DNA of 63,803 nucleotides, filler included, from Choristocarpus tenellus KU-1152 (taxonomy: Eukaryota; Protista; Phaeophyceae), in the NCBI GenBank assembly GCA_964200185.2. It is 11 parts of 11 records of this genome, joined end to end, with 100 filler letters (N's around TTAATTAATTAA, not from the genome) between each part and the next. Parts side by side here need not be neighbours in the genome. Positions count along the whole stretch, not along the records: positions 8,425 to 19,097 come from CAXNAD020002796.1; positions 19,198 to 24,886 come from CAXNAD020010001.1; positions 24,987 to 28,379 come from CAXNAD020020338.1; 8 more parts are not named here. One strand, written 5' to 3'. Positions 12,801-26,003 of this stretch are shown one piece after another. The notes beneath the pieces were generated by a model. That model saw nothing but the letters and a program-made list of their open reading frames with translations, did not search any database and was not told the DNA's origin. Both the position numbers and the translations under genes were made by a program. Every line of letters starts with the position of its first letter. Within the stretch, counting starts at the first letter, position 1.

Positions 12801-15800
12801 ACACACACATCTGTTTGGTGGAGATACTAAGAATTGGTAGCCAAATCTTTATTGTTTGTAGAAACTCGTCACCAGCATGGTCAGAGGGGTATGCACAGGA
12901 TTCACGACTATTTATGTTTTTCGTATTGTTAGACGATTATCTAAAGGGTGAAGGACTCTCCATTTGCTATCTATCCATTTGTGGGACCCATCCCCACTAT
13001 GCACTGTGTTGAGTCACGTATGACCTTGCTATCAGCTCCAGACTTGACATGCCGTTTATGATAAGGCACGCTAGTAATATTTCTTGATCCACCAACTTCA
13101 TGAAACCGATTTATGATGATGCATTGACGCTATGAGCTCATCCTATCTCTAGGATCGATTCATTGGATGGTTTCCCTTGTATCAGCATCTATCGGTTACA
13201 AGGTAATAAGCAGAATAACGTTTTTTTATGTTAGTGTGAATTGAAATAATATGCATTTACTAGAACACTTCAAAGTATTATCTTAATTCGGCTTGACATG
13301 ATCATTCCATCTACTCAAAAATTGAACCCAAATGTGCCCGCAGGGTGTGATTCGAGGCGCGCAAAACGCTGGGTTATTGTCAGGTGACCAGGAGGAAATG
13401 CTGAGCGCCGTCAGGTAGTCTTAAGTGAATCATGGAACGCTTATGACGAGAAAATAATGGACTGATGGGAAGGTTCCAATTATGCTCTCTCGAATATTCT
13501 TCGATTAAATGAATGGGCTTAACGGTTCACAACACTCCCGAATAACACTATTTACGGTGACCTTGCTGTGACAATATCTTGTTGTCCCTTGGTGGTGCAC
13601 AGGACATGTTTTCATATTGTAAGCATTGCTGGTATAAGTTGACTCTACGCCATGTAGAATAAGTGGGTGGATGTTCCCACAACCCACTGCACGATTGTAA
13701 GGAGGGTATGTTTCTAAGTAGAGAACAGGAGAGGAACAAAGAACCTTTGGAATCTGTGTTTAGGGTGTTCCTCCTGGATGTGCCAAGGTGCTACCTATGG
13801 CTGGGATGGAGTAGAGAGGGAAGGGGGAGGACAACAACCTTTCTTCTTTTTTGTGGGAGAAGGGCGGAAAAGTCAGTCTGGGAGATGGATGGACCAGTTC
13901 ATGCTCTCCTACGGTAACCCATTTTTTCGAAACTTCTCTTTTGTTTTTGGATTTTCTGTTTCTCCTTTTTGTTACAATATTTTTTACGTATCGTCATCTC
14001 TCTCTCTCTCTCTCTTGTTTGTCAGATCTTATGGTACTGGTCTCTTATTGTATTGTACTTCTGACCACGGGTCAACCTTTTATGTTGCTTGTTTCTCCAT
14101 GATGGAATCATATCTATAAAATGTCGCACAATCACTTACTAACTATTATTATTACACCGTACCCTGAACTATATGTGTTGGAATCTATCACTCGAAATCA
14201 GTCAATTGATCCTCCTGTTCGGCTTCATGGTCATGCATATTACAGTAGTAAAATAGTACTATGCTTGCAATTTCTACAATAATTACATGTTGAAGTTATT
14301 GAGGGGAGATTCCTCCAGTGAACCGATGTGTTACTTATAGTAAGCCAAAGTAAACGAGACGTACCCAGATTTTGACCATTTTGCATTATTGGATCTCACT
14401 TTTTTCATTTTTTGCTATTCACCGTTACTTCTATGTATGGATGAAGTGGTAAGATCGACTCAAAAGCATTGATTTCTCTTTTGTTTAAAAATCTCGACAG
14501 ACTTCAGAAACTCCCAAATAATGCATTTGTACAGAAAATCATACTTTTCAAGTTTGTCGGTATTCTTAGAGCGGTACTCTTGACAGGAGGTACCTCTCGT
14601 TTGCTTTGATTTACAGTAGTAGTGTTTCTACTATGACGTGCTGATATTCACATTCTTCACAACATTATACACTGTGATGCACAATCTCTGTTCTCCTTTG
14701 CTAATAGGAAACATACGTGCGTACGATTATCGATCGTTCTGATGGTGTAGTGGAGCATTTGTGATGTCGGTTGTGGTCCTTTTTGAATTGTTGGAAATCT
14801 CTAGTTTCCTATCACGTACACATCCACCATATTCCATTTTTCGTCCTATTATGTCCCGAAAATGATAGTAAAATCAGAACGGTCACTGATCCGCGAGCGC
14901 TTATCTTGTAGGGATATTTTTCCAAGTAGTACACAAAATTATTTTCGCATTTTTTGCTGTGGAATTATCTAGTTCTCCAGATTACTACAGCATATTATAC
15001 ACCAACTATAAAATCAACCGACATTAAATGGAAAAGATGGGACGACATTTCATTCTTCAAAGTGTGTCGAGGATAGTGTACAAAACATTTTTTTTTCAAG
15101 AAAGAGGAGCTCTCTATTCCAACCCTCAAAAGCACCCAACAAAAAATTGTCTTCTCCAATTCAAAACAGACTTCCACTACTGGTGGGTTCAACCTAAAAT
15201 TGAACTTCCAACAGAAACACCCAATAGAGTATAGTCAGTGCCGTACAACTGTAAAAGCAGAGTTGTTGCTGTGTAATAATGCAATACATTTTTAATGAAG
15301 TTTTGGAGGTATTTGAATTATGCTATCTTTGCCTGATTCAAACCCTTCTGAGTATGTATGTACCACTTTTAAAAAATCCTAACTGACCCCCCCCATTTTT
15401 CAAGCCTGAAAAGTTGTCCACTCCCTTGAGTACATTGCGACTGTAGAGGAGACAACTTTTGTCTACTACTACAACAGACAGACCTCTAGAAAACGTATGT
15501 GCAAAATCAATCACTCATTAGGGCTCTCCAAGTGTGTGCACTAGGAGGCAGTCACAGTAGCCGAGATACTCAGGGACATCCTTCCCTTCAATAAGATTGA
15601 TCGTTTTTGTGGGTGCTTGACAGAATCGCATAAGAATTGTCGTAAGAAGTTGATTGTTCACGGAAAGTTGAGGACTACTCAGTCAATATAGGAGGACTGG
15701 GCGTGAGGATGACAGCTGTTGTAACATATGTACCAAGACATGCTGTACCCTTGTCAAGGCATTTCAAGTGCGCCATGAAGCAAAGGGTTGGCATCAAGCA

Positions 15801-17476
15801 AACTCCTCAAACGACAGAGGGAGCAGATCAAACCAACTTGTAGAGCACCATACTTCATTCAAAACAAAAAGGAGCTAGGATGCCATCTTCATAGCTAGCT
15901 AGGTATCAATAATCTCATTGCCTGTCCACAGTGAGGGTGCACCATCCAGACACACGTAAGAACCGTCAAAGCCTTCCATGTGAGTCTCCAGCACACCACC
16001 AAGGGTAGGGAAGCTAAAAGCAAAGTGTCACAGTTAAGTGTACAGGTATACATACACCCCCCCCGCTGTCATAGTTTTTGTCACTTATTCAGACAGAACT
16101 TGGTTATTTTTTTTTCACACCCAGGCTAGGGAGAATGTTCCAAGAATGCATGCAAAAGAGGAAAAAAATTTCAGCAGCGGTTCCGGAAAACAGGGGAGGG
16201 GGGTGTGCACACGCGCGACAAGACAACTATGAACTTGAATCTCATGCAGGCAATCAATCAACATGAACAGAGATATGTTCAAACCATACACATCGATCTA
16301 GGTTTGACAGGCTGTAACCACTGCAGTCTCTTTTTCCTTGCCCTTGAGTTCATTCCAAAAACATAAAAAAAACCTGCAACAAGAGCCAACCCTCCACAAA
16401 TGAGATCACCCCACTCTCTTAATTAATTCTCTTAATACACCTCTCATGGTCACCACATGTTGCCATGTGTACATGCCAATATATCTGCAGGAGCAGCACA
16501 GGTTAAAACCTGACTCCACTTTTGATCTCTTTCAGCAGAAAGTCATTGGCAATACAGTTATGTCCTCTGCACGAATAAGCTTCCCCCCCCCAGACTAGGT
16601 ATTCCTCTTCCTCATTCCAACAACATCGGCATATTGAACAAAACACGGAGTAGAGTCAACAACAGGGTACTTCATTTCATTACATGTCAACCAGAAGTCG
16701 TCATATATATAAGTTAATAATCATCGCATGAGGAACGATACAGGAGTAGAAGCAACTGACTATTCACACACAAATCTTGCTCTGCTATGCTATACTCAAG
16801 CGCTCATCACCTCAACCACCCGCAATATCAGTCTACCTCATCCCAACAGTAGCCCACGCTATACTAGCTACAACAAACACATCATCCATACCATTGAAGA
16901 CCAGCACCAACCATAGAACAAAGGACAGGTCATCTGATGATAGCCTCAGTACACACCTGCACATCAAAGACAAACAATAGGTCTACTACTGTTCTTCCCC
17001 TCCTCCTTCTGTCTCCTCTGAAGTCCCAACCACCTGGTAGAACAGCCCATGCCACATAAACAAATACCTCATACACTGTGACAGCCTTTCTGTCTGCTTT
17101 GGGACAACCAGGTCCTTTTTTGCCAGTCAGCAACCTCAAAAAGGTACACCTCCTTTTATCTGTATGACAAAGCCAAGCCTATTGCCAGAGATTCCACTTC
17201 TTCTCACATGGCCATGGACCTTTACTCAGTGCACAACTTCAGCAGACTTCACCCCCCCCCCCCCCCAATGACCTACACACGATTTTAGTCTCACCAACAC
17301 ACAACAATCACTAAAAAATATATAGAGCGAAAACAAGCCTTTGTCAGTAGGGGTACATTATCCAGAACGTTTGGGGTAAAAACAATTTGGATAGCTAGCA
17401 AACATTCCCTGATAGTTCTCTCCTTCAGTCCCCCACTCAAGACACATGCTTTACAAAAATGGCATAGATGTGATCC

Positions 17477-17479
<3 letters not shown>

Positions 17480-17518
<39 letters not shown>
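17480..17518. repeat. (AG)n microsatellite
   Basis: Pure AG run. Confidence 0.95.
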
Positions 17519-17520
<2 letters not shown>

Positions 17521-17704
17521 CACAACACACACACACAAGGAACACAACACACAAATCAATCATCATAACTAATACAAAAGTATGCAGTGATCAGATACAA
17601 AGGCAAGACAGAAGGAATCTAATCACCTGTTGATATTGCTCACACGGTCACCTCACAACACACTCTAATACCCTGCCAACCTATCACCTCCCTTCTATAT
17701 CCAC

Positions 17705-18532
17705 CTAGCACTTCTTGGCCTTGGCCCCAGGCTTGCGGGTGTCATCCAAGTAGTGCATTTTTGCACGATGATCTTGGGCCTTGCTATGCGTCACAAACCC
17801 ATACTTGTAGTTGTACTTCACATAGGTCCACAGGAAATTTGGGTTGTAGTGGTACCTGCAAGGTCACACACAAAATCAATTTTCCAGCGGCAGTATGTAC
17901 ATGATCCAAGTCAACAAATAAGTAAGGTGGTTGGAGAGACTGACTGTAAGTATCTGCTAAAAAAAAAGAGTGACTAACAGCCCGAGCAAACAATTGGGGC
18001 TCTTTTGGGAGGGATGCACCACACATAGCAGGGCACTTGGTACAGTAAAGACTCCCATCAAAAATCTGTGATACCATGCACCTCGACTACTTTTCGATCA
18101 GCAACACAAGTACAACACGAGCTAAGAATCACAGGAGCATACTCTTACATGTTCAAAAGAGTAATAACAACCCCCTGAAACTCAATCCAGAAAAAGTTGC
18201 AGCATTGCCCAAATGCATATTCTTAAAAACCAGGAGTCTGCAAATACACGATTCCAATGCACAGCCTTTAAAAAATAAAAGAGTTCATATTTACATTCAC
18301 ACACACACGCAGAATGCATATTTTACCTGTACAAGTTCAGACTCTCAAGTTCAGGGCGGACTGCATCCGTGGCCTGTTTAAGGTTATAGTGTGGTATTTT
18401 TGTGAAGAACAGGTGATGTACCACGTGTCCATCTGTGATATTGTGGTGGACATCATCAATACCCCACCCGTATGTACGGTCTACAGTCTCCATGGCCGCC
18501 AGTGCAAAGTTGAAGTCTGTACTATCGTAGGT
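17705..18532 (-). CDS. Membrane fatty-acid desaturase (omega-3/Delta12 family), last two exons; 5' part missing at the contig edge
   Basis: Exon 18532-18327 (ag|ACC...TAC AG|gt): TYDSTDFNFALAAMETVDRTYGWGIDDVHHNITDGHVVHHLFFTKIPHYNLKQATDAVRPEL, containing the third His box and the TVDR and IPHY motifs. Exon 17855-17705 splices in phase 2: RYHYNPNFLWTYVKYNYKYGFVTH...PGAKAKKC*, with a dilysine-like C-terminus. Confidence 0.9.
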
Positions 18533-19654
18533 CTGGAAAGTTGAGCAAAAAGGGAGCGGGCAAGAGGTTAACTGTTTCAAGTCCAGAAGAGAAAAAGAAA
18601 CACACCTTACCATCTACACATGTAATTTCCACCTCACTTGGGATAAAACAAGTCTTTGAACGTGAATAGAACACATACAGGTGTGTGCATTGCATTGCAT
18701 GCACCTAACCCTTGGAAAAGATTAATTAATTGTCTTTTGGGGTAGTGCAGGCAGTGCAGGGCAACCTCAACCTACCTTTCACAGAGTTGTGAATCATGCA
18801 GCAACATATCCAACAACAGTTCCAAATCAAGAACTTTCACAGAAATTTCCTGGTAGCACGCAGCACTTACATTCCTCGCCTTGCAAACCGCAAACATTTA
18901 GATTCCAAGCAACAGAAAACACTAAAAAAACAATGTAGTTCAAACTCAACCAAACCACATCATTCTCAACACTCTACCTTCCCCCCTCTACTTGAAAGTT
19001 GAAACCCAACAGCGCTAACCCTAACCCTAACCCCGTACACCATCACCTGTTCAGAGACCCCATTGAAACACACACACACACACCTTGGTGTCAGGCTNNN
19101 NNNNNNNNNNNNNNNNNNNNNNNNNNNNNNNNNNNNNNNNNTTAATTAATTAANNNNNNNNNNNNNNNNNNNNNNNNNNNNNNNNNNNNNNNNNNNNGGT
19201 TCAATTCACAGTGGTACTTGGAAGCATCAAGCAGTGTCCTCCAAGACGCTCAACCAGAATCCTTAATCCTCAGTTCTACCACCTTGAATTCTGACTGCTC
19301 CCCAAGAATGTACGCCATGCTCATGCTCTTATTCCTGTCCTTGCCCCCGTCCTTGGTCTCTTTTACAAAAGCTGTCTCATCCCCTTAACCTGTCCAACAT
19401 ACTCCCCCTTCTCGCCTTGTGGACGAGCGGAAATCCTCAGCCGATATCCCTTGGTCCAGGCCTCCCAGCAGCGCCGGACGAACTCAAATCCATCAGGGAG
19501 TGACTGCACCACAACGTCAACGCCTTCAGGTGACAACTCGGAGCTAATTGGGTATCACAGGGTCCTGTGAGGGGCTTAAACAATATTAAGCCCAGACCAG
19601 GCCTCCACACACCGTTTTCGGGGTTACTAATCCTGATTTTTTTCAAAATATTGT

Positions 19655-19914
19655 CCAGTGAGTTAATCGACGATCAGCGTATCAGGATATCGAATGAAAT
19701 GTCTTGATCTAAGCTATTGATTGCCGCAACGAAATTCTTCGGAAAAATATTTTTGGTTGTGATAATATATTCCGAAACATTTTCAAGGTTTTGGCGAAAC
19801 AATTCGGTTAATATTTAATGTTTCCCAACTAATTTTGACGAAGAATATCTTTGCGGAAATCGATAGCTAAGACCAAGATTCGTTCGATATGCTGATCGTC
19901 GATTAGCTCGTTGG
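19655..19914. mobile_element. Foldback/MITE-like element with ~90-bp inverted arms
   Basis: Left arm ccagtgagttaatcgacgatcagcgtatc...ccgcaacgaaattcttcg; reverse complement of right arm ccaacgagctaatcgacgatcagcatatc...ccgcaaagatattcttcg. Confidence 0.75.
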
Positions 19915-20222
19915 AAAAAAAGTATACTCATCTACAAAATGTGAGAGACCATACCATAAGAATAAAGTACTCACCTACTAATTGTATGTCATTGGTCCCT
20001 TCTCCCTTTGTTTTATGAGATTGTGTGTTTCTGTGTTGTCAACCTGGTTTGAAAATGATTGTCACATGGTTACTGTGTATCTCATCAGTCAGCCCCAAGT
20101 CTTCAACAAAGCACAAGCAGAAAAATACATATTCTCCTCTCTCCCCTCTGTTTAACGTTGAGGCCCCGTAATATCACGAACAAACATTTCAGCTCACTCC
20201 CCATCACCTAGTTGACATCAAC

Positions 20223-22709
20223 ATGAACCTCAAGGCCCAAGATCTACCCAAGTCAAACCAAGCGATTGCTGTAGATGAAGGCGTGGAGTCGCATGCGTTT
20301 ACCAAGAATGATAATCTCTTAAAGACTGGGCTGCTTGTGGTCTTGGTTGGGCTCCTCGTTTATGTCATACTTGACTACACGGTAGGTCAAGAAGTTGCTC
20401 GCATGTCTCGCCTGTTGTAGTTGTGAATATCCAATCACCCACAATACCATACCTTAGTACCTTCGTGGTTTCTCTCATCCTACTCTGTAACAGGTTCCTG
20501 GCCTTGGGTTCGTGGCTGACACACTCAAGGAATTCCTGGACTGGGTAGAGGACAATCCAGGGGAAGGGTTCGTCGCCTTTGCAGCAGTCTACGTCCTAAC
20601 AACCGTGTGTTTCATACCAGGATCATTGCTGACCCTGGGTGCAGGCCTTGCGTTTGGCCGGGCCTTAGGTATCTGACTTGGTGTTCTGCTAGGGTCAGCA
20701 GCGGTGCTGGTGAGACCTGGACACACTCGCTGGGATGTTGCCGTTGTGAATGTCTGAAGAATTGCTTGTGCCCTCTCTGTAGTTGTAATTATTTTCGATC
20801 TCGCCTTCAATATTCACGACCATTACTTTAATTGGCGTGGCTACCGAACCTGTTTCGGGAAAGGGTTGCGTTGTGGTGATAACGAACACGAGAAACCCTC
20901 CGGATTGGCTGGCACGCAGGACAAGCATTCACGGAACACGTTGTATTCATGTGCCCGTTTCTTGTCGCTACTTTTGCAGCTAGGTGCCACCATAGGTGCT
21001 CTCCTAGCTTTCCTGCTTGGGCGGTACGTCTTGCAGCAACAGGCTCAAGGCCTATTCAACACATTCAAAATCCTTCAAGCTGTGAACAAGGCGATTGAAA
21101 CCCAGGGCCTGAAGCTAGTGCTCCTCCTCAGGCTCTCCCCAGTTGTCCCCTTTTCTGCCTTCAACCATGTCATGTGAGCAGACCCTCATCTACTATTGTA
21201 GAGGGAAGAGTAGATCTGTTTTAACCGGTGTAAATTATGCCCCTTTTCTAATCATTACCGTACTTCGCCTGCTGTGATGCCTGACTTGACAGATGCGTAG
21301 TATACGATAAGTTGGCAATTTATTTATGAGAACCTCACACCAGTGATTCCCCCTCTCACACATACTCTCTCCTCCATGCTGGCTGTCTCCAAACCAGGGG
21401 ACTGACCAAGGTATCTTTCCGAGACTATGCTCTGGGTTGCTTTGGGTTCATCCCAGGGACTGTTGCCTACGTTTTCATCGGCACAAGGTTAGACCCTCTA
21501 TTGCTCACTAGTGCCAACCTTGAGGTAACATGCCCACGTCTTCTATTTCAGTACTTAGATTTGTCTCCCCTCCACATGGAGACATTTCAGTGTGGCACGC
21601 TGGGTTGAGATATCATGTGCACTCAGCATGGTCTCCACTAAGCATTGCTTGTTGGTGAGGCTGTCAATTTCTGGAGATTGCATGCCACAGTTCTAGTTGC
21701 ATGTTAGTGAGACCTATGAAGTATCTGGTGTTTGAAAGAGGTGGAGCGACTTGTTGGCACAACATCATAACAGGATAATAGTGGACATCATAATCAGGAA
21801 CGTCTTTGAACATGCTAGGTTCCTACTGTACATCAAGCACCAATTTCAACATGACTGGTAAGATCTAGTTTCCCACGTGGTTTGCTTGTTTGTAGACTAA
21901 ACCCCAACATGAGATAGGGTTTGTCTTTAGGGGCAGGAGAAGCCGAGGAACAGATTATGTAGGCTGTATCCTTACACTGTTGTGGAGTTAGGTAGCGCTC
22001 ATCACACACCTTGCAGGATGGCGAGTTCCTTGACCATTGGCTTATTTCTGTTTCCTCTTGCAAACTGTGTCTACTCTCACCCCCTGATCTGTTCTACTCT
22101 GGACAGTGCCTCACATCTCTTGGGAGGTGAAGACAATGATGACATGGACAAAGATGGTGGGAATAAAACTGTGCAACAGATTGTCATTGTTGGTAAGTGC
22201 AGTGTGGTTGTGCACAAGGGAAGTGGTGTTATGGAAAAATAGTGTGAAGTGCAAATCTGTACTTTGGTCAGTGACCTTAAAGAAACGCGCTGTCGATGTT
22301 GTAGTTACTACAGCCTGTATGATCAGAATTTTTCCATTTCTATCTATTCCATCCCAAACCACAACCTAACCTGTCCCTCTCTAAAAGTTTTCCTTTTCTC
22401 CTTGTCTGTCCCCTGACCTCCCCACCTCCCTTGCCTGACTTTGCAGTGGGGGTGATTGCCACCATCATTGCAATAGTGCTTATCAGTGTTTATGCCAAGC
22501 AAGCATTGAGCGAGGCTCTGAAGGATGTGGAAGAAGATGGCATTGAGGGAGAGGACAAGGTACTCAGACTAGTTACTACGGAGGTCAAAAGCACATCACC
22601 TATGGAAGTTGATGATCCAGTTTGTAGCCAAGTTGTACGAAATGGAATAGAAATTTTGTTGTTTGTGTTAGAAAATTCTAGGTACTATGTGATTTTTCAG
22701 GTTTTGTGA
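20223..22709 (+). CDS. TVP38/TMEM64-family (VTT/SNARE-associated Golgi, DedA superfamily) membrane protein; one in-frame TGA, so possibly a pseudogene
   Basis: Six GT-AG exons with matching phases: 20223-20381, 20494-20709, 20980-21173, 21398-21487, 22107-22192 and 22447-~22709. Motifs [55 protein letters not shown] and IPGTVAYVFIGT. TGA at 20674-20676 in exon 2. Confidence 0.88.
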
Positions 22710-24986
22710 ATATAATTGAAGACCCTACGATCTAGGTCTTAGTAACTTTGAGTTTGTGTTGCATTGAGAATAGAATAGCAATGGTCTAGACATGTTACCT
22801 CCCTCCCCATTGCTATATTCTTTCTTGAGGTGGATGTAAGCAAATCTTCCTCATGGAAGTGAGTTTCTCCTCTGTGTGTACTCCTTCAGCTATTGTTAGT
22901 TCAGTTGTTGGTACTTCTAGTGTAGGAGTGCTGAAGAAAATGAGAGATTATCCCACTTCAGAACTCTGTGGCAAAGATGTGGCACATACATTCAGGCAAT
23001 TGGATCAAACTTGCTTCCTTGCACTTAGGCCAATGCTATTGACTACATTGGATCAGATGTGTTTGGAATATGTTTAATAAATTTTTCTGTAGTTTTAAAA
23101 GCCATGTGTGTGTGGGTTTGATATTTTTGCCAAGAATATTCCAGGTTGACGAATCCTCTCAGTATGATGGGCAATCTTTTCTTTTCTTCAGTGTGACGAG
23201 TTTCTTGAACCCCTCATACTATCAAAGATACTCAGCCTGTTGTAGTAGACTTTTTACGGAGGCGTTCCTCTGATGGTATCAGGTACCACTATAGTGCATC
23301 TTCTCAGTGCATACACTATAGTGGATAAACCTCCACGCTCATCTCATTGTGGTGTCCTAATTATAGGTATGTAGCTTGGGGCATGTAAATAGTTTCTTGT
23401 CACATTTCTTGTACAGTTGTTTGGTGAGAGAAAGGAAATTGAAACGTAGTAGATATTTTCAGAAGTGAGAGGCAAGAACTAGCTCAGAACGATAGATAAT
23501 GTAACTGTCCTACATTTTGTCCAGCAAAATCTTTTTTTTGTGCTAGAAGCGATACCTTACTGAATGGACCATCTCAACCTTTTGCTTATTCACAGGTATG
23601 TAAATCGCCACAGCCCATTAGCAAGGCTAGAGAGAACACGGCCTTGCTTGACAAGAGTACTGATACATCTATTGCATGTAACTAGTGACGAGCGCTTCAC
23701 CTGCATATGAGAGAGAGAAACAGCCTGCATTGAGAGTGCGTCACACGAGATAATAGGATAAGGATAACCTTGTCTTGGTAATAGAGGAAGTGAAAGTTTG
23801 AGCTCCAAAGCCAAGCCCTTTGCTCTGTTCAACAAGGATGCTCCCTGATTGGATGTTAGCAATTACAGGCTGTTCAGATTCAGGGTTCAGAAGGAAATAA
23901 GTACCAGCCGTATCTTTTGCTTTTCAAAACTGTAATACACTCAGTACGCAGCTATATCTGGTTTAGGTTTTGAGAAACAAATTTTGATGTTGATGTCACT
24001 CTTTGCTGCATCCTAGAGAAGAACGGTGTTGGGACTAAGGGTAGAATTGAAGCATGGGGGGGTCTGACATTGGTTGCATTTTCCATGGTTTGCATCTAAA
24101 TATTTTACTAGCCAACAGGAGTTCCAGCTTGCTACAGAGTATTTCATAGTATTTTTGAGAATTAGCATATACTCCATAGGTCTAGCATATGTGCATCTAA
24201 ACATATTGAATTTGTCACACATGGTTACCATGGTATCAATTTCTTCCAAAATAAACGTTTTTCATGCATCATTTTAGGACACTAAATTGGAAAAGATAAG
24301 GCACACAAACACAAGGCCAACTGAAAGCTCAAGGCATGCATGGGCAAGCAATGCTCTCGCCATGTTGTAATGCCAAAACGTTATCTTAAACTCCTATTCC
24401 TGGGCGATATTCCTTGAACATTCTGCAAGCTTTCAAAATACCACATAATTCCCTGTGTGTGTCAGGATGCATTGGTGGATCCATGAACACCTTGACATTA
24501 TTGTATATCACGGATTACAGTACTTGTCCATTGTAGAGCAAATAAGCATTGCACAGCACATCTGCAGATCACTCATTGCCCTACCATGAAACATGAGAAG
24601 AGGATGCTACCTGTTCTGAACCCTCCAGCAACAGTAAAAAACACCATCAGCAACATTAACCATCACCATTCCATGCTCCTACTTGATGAAGCGACTATTT
24701 CATGAGAGTATGAGACGGACAGAAAGCTCAACGGACATGACCAGCAGGCCAAGCAAGCCGATGTATCCGAAGGATCCTTTGTATCTTTTCTTTGGGTCAC
24801 CAGTCTATAGACGGGGGAGAGGGGGGGGGGGGGAAGATGATTTTTAGGGTGGGAGCACAGGTTGGAGTTATCAAAAACCAAACATCNNNNNNNNNNNNNN
24901 NNNNNNNNNNNNNNNNNNNNNNNNNNNNNNTTAATTAATTAANNNNNNNNNNNNNNNNNNNNNNNNNNNNNNNNNNNNNNNNNNNN

Positions 24987-25241
24987 CATCAGGAGTCCTA
25001 TACCTACATCAGTATCGTCTATAGGCCCGTAGATTGGGGCTATACATCCTGTGGAGGTAAGCTTTCGGGGGCGCCTGTAACAGATGGGTTGAGCCCATTC
25101 TCGGCGAAGCTTGGCGCCGGTTGCTGAAGAATCATTGGTAGAAAGCTCCAGCGCATCATTGTTGGTGGGCTGATGAGGGGGCAACACAGGGGGCGGCGCA
25201 GGCGACAAAAGCCACCCTGTTGTTGTGGGAGCAACTGTCAT
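24987..25241 (-). CDS. 5' end of an unknown ORF divergent from the ParB-like gene (runs into the gap)
   Basis: accATG at 25241, GC-rich and open to the contig end: MTVAPTTTGWLLSPAPPP...KLRREWAQPICYRRPRKLTSTGCIAPIYGPIDDTDVGIGLLM. Confidence 0.4.
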
Positions 25242-25323
25242 GGTGTTTTCAGGCAACAGGCGGTCTTGGGCAGTGAGAAGGTCTAGGAGTGAATTGAATT
25301 CAAAGCTGGGCGTATGAACGATG

Positions 25324-25855
25324 TTTGAGTTTCGGGCGATCCGTCGGACCACTCGAAACCCTTGAACCGCCAAAACACGTGCATTAGGGTTTTTAGAAAT
25401 AGTAAATCCGATTATATCCATTCTTACAATGTTTAAAAATACAAAGCACGTACTTTATTGGTCTTACACGTTTCCAATATTCCGAAACTAAAAGGTCACT
25501 TTAAACTGGTACCCTATAATTTTCAAAAATACTAAAACCACTTTTTGTCGACATTTGTATTTTTTTAAATACAAAAGTCAATAAAAAGCGGTTTTTGAGT
25601 TTCGGCCGATCCGTCGGACCACCCGAAACCCTTGAAACGCCAAAACACGTGCATTAGAGTTTTTATTAAATAATAAAAATTATATTCTTAATATCAACAA
25701 ATATAAATACAAACCACATACTTCATTGATCTAATACGTTTGAAACATTCCGAAACGAAAAGGTCACAAAAAACTGAAACTCTATCTGTTTTAAATATGA
25801 AATCGTATACTGTTCGATATTCGTATTTTTTATAACAGAATAATCAACGGAAAGA
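25324..25855. repeat. Two 270-bp direct repeats, each starting with a 35-bp imperfect palindrome
   Basis: gagtttcgg(g/c)cgatccg-t-cggaccac(t/c)cgaaaccc at 25327-25361 and 25597-25631, followed by a conserved ccaaaacacgtgcatta. The AT-rich remainder is more diverged. Confidence 0.9.
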
Positions 25856-26003
25856 GAAATCTGAGTTCTTTGGGGACCGACCGACCAGATGAAATAAAGC
25901 AGCACCTTCCAGCCCTCACTCCTCATTTCCATTCCTTCCCTTCCGCACATACCACCAGCAGCTCTTGCTGATCTATCCCCGTCACACCCTCCCAATCTTC
26001 GCC

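Noticed and set aside
9840-17400. Short 60-120 aa ORFs in this interval
   Set aside because: No recognisable motifs or consistent exon chain; treated as intergenic or decayed repeat sequence.
23590-24600. hAT-like transposase relic (ELCGILKACRMF, GRVLSSL)
   Set aside because: The similarity is too short and broken to support, and no termini were found.
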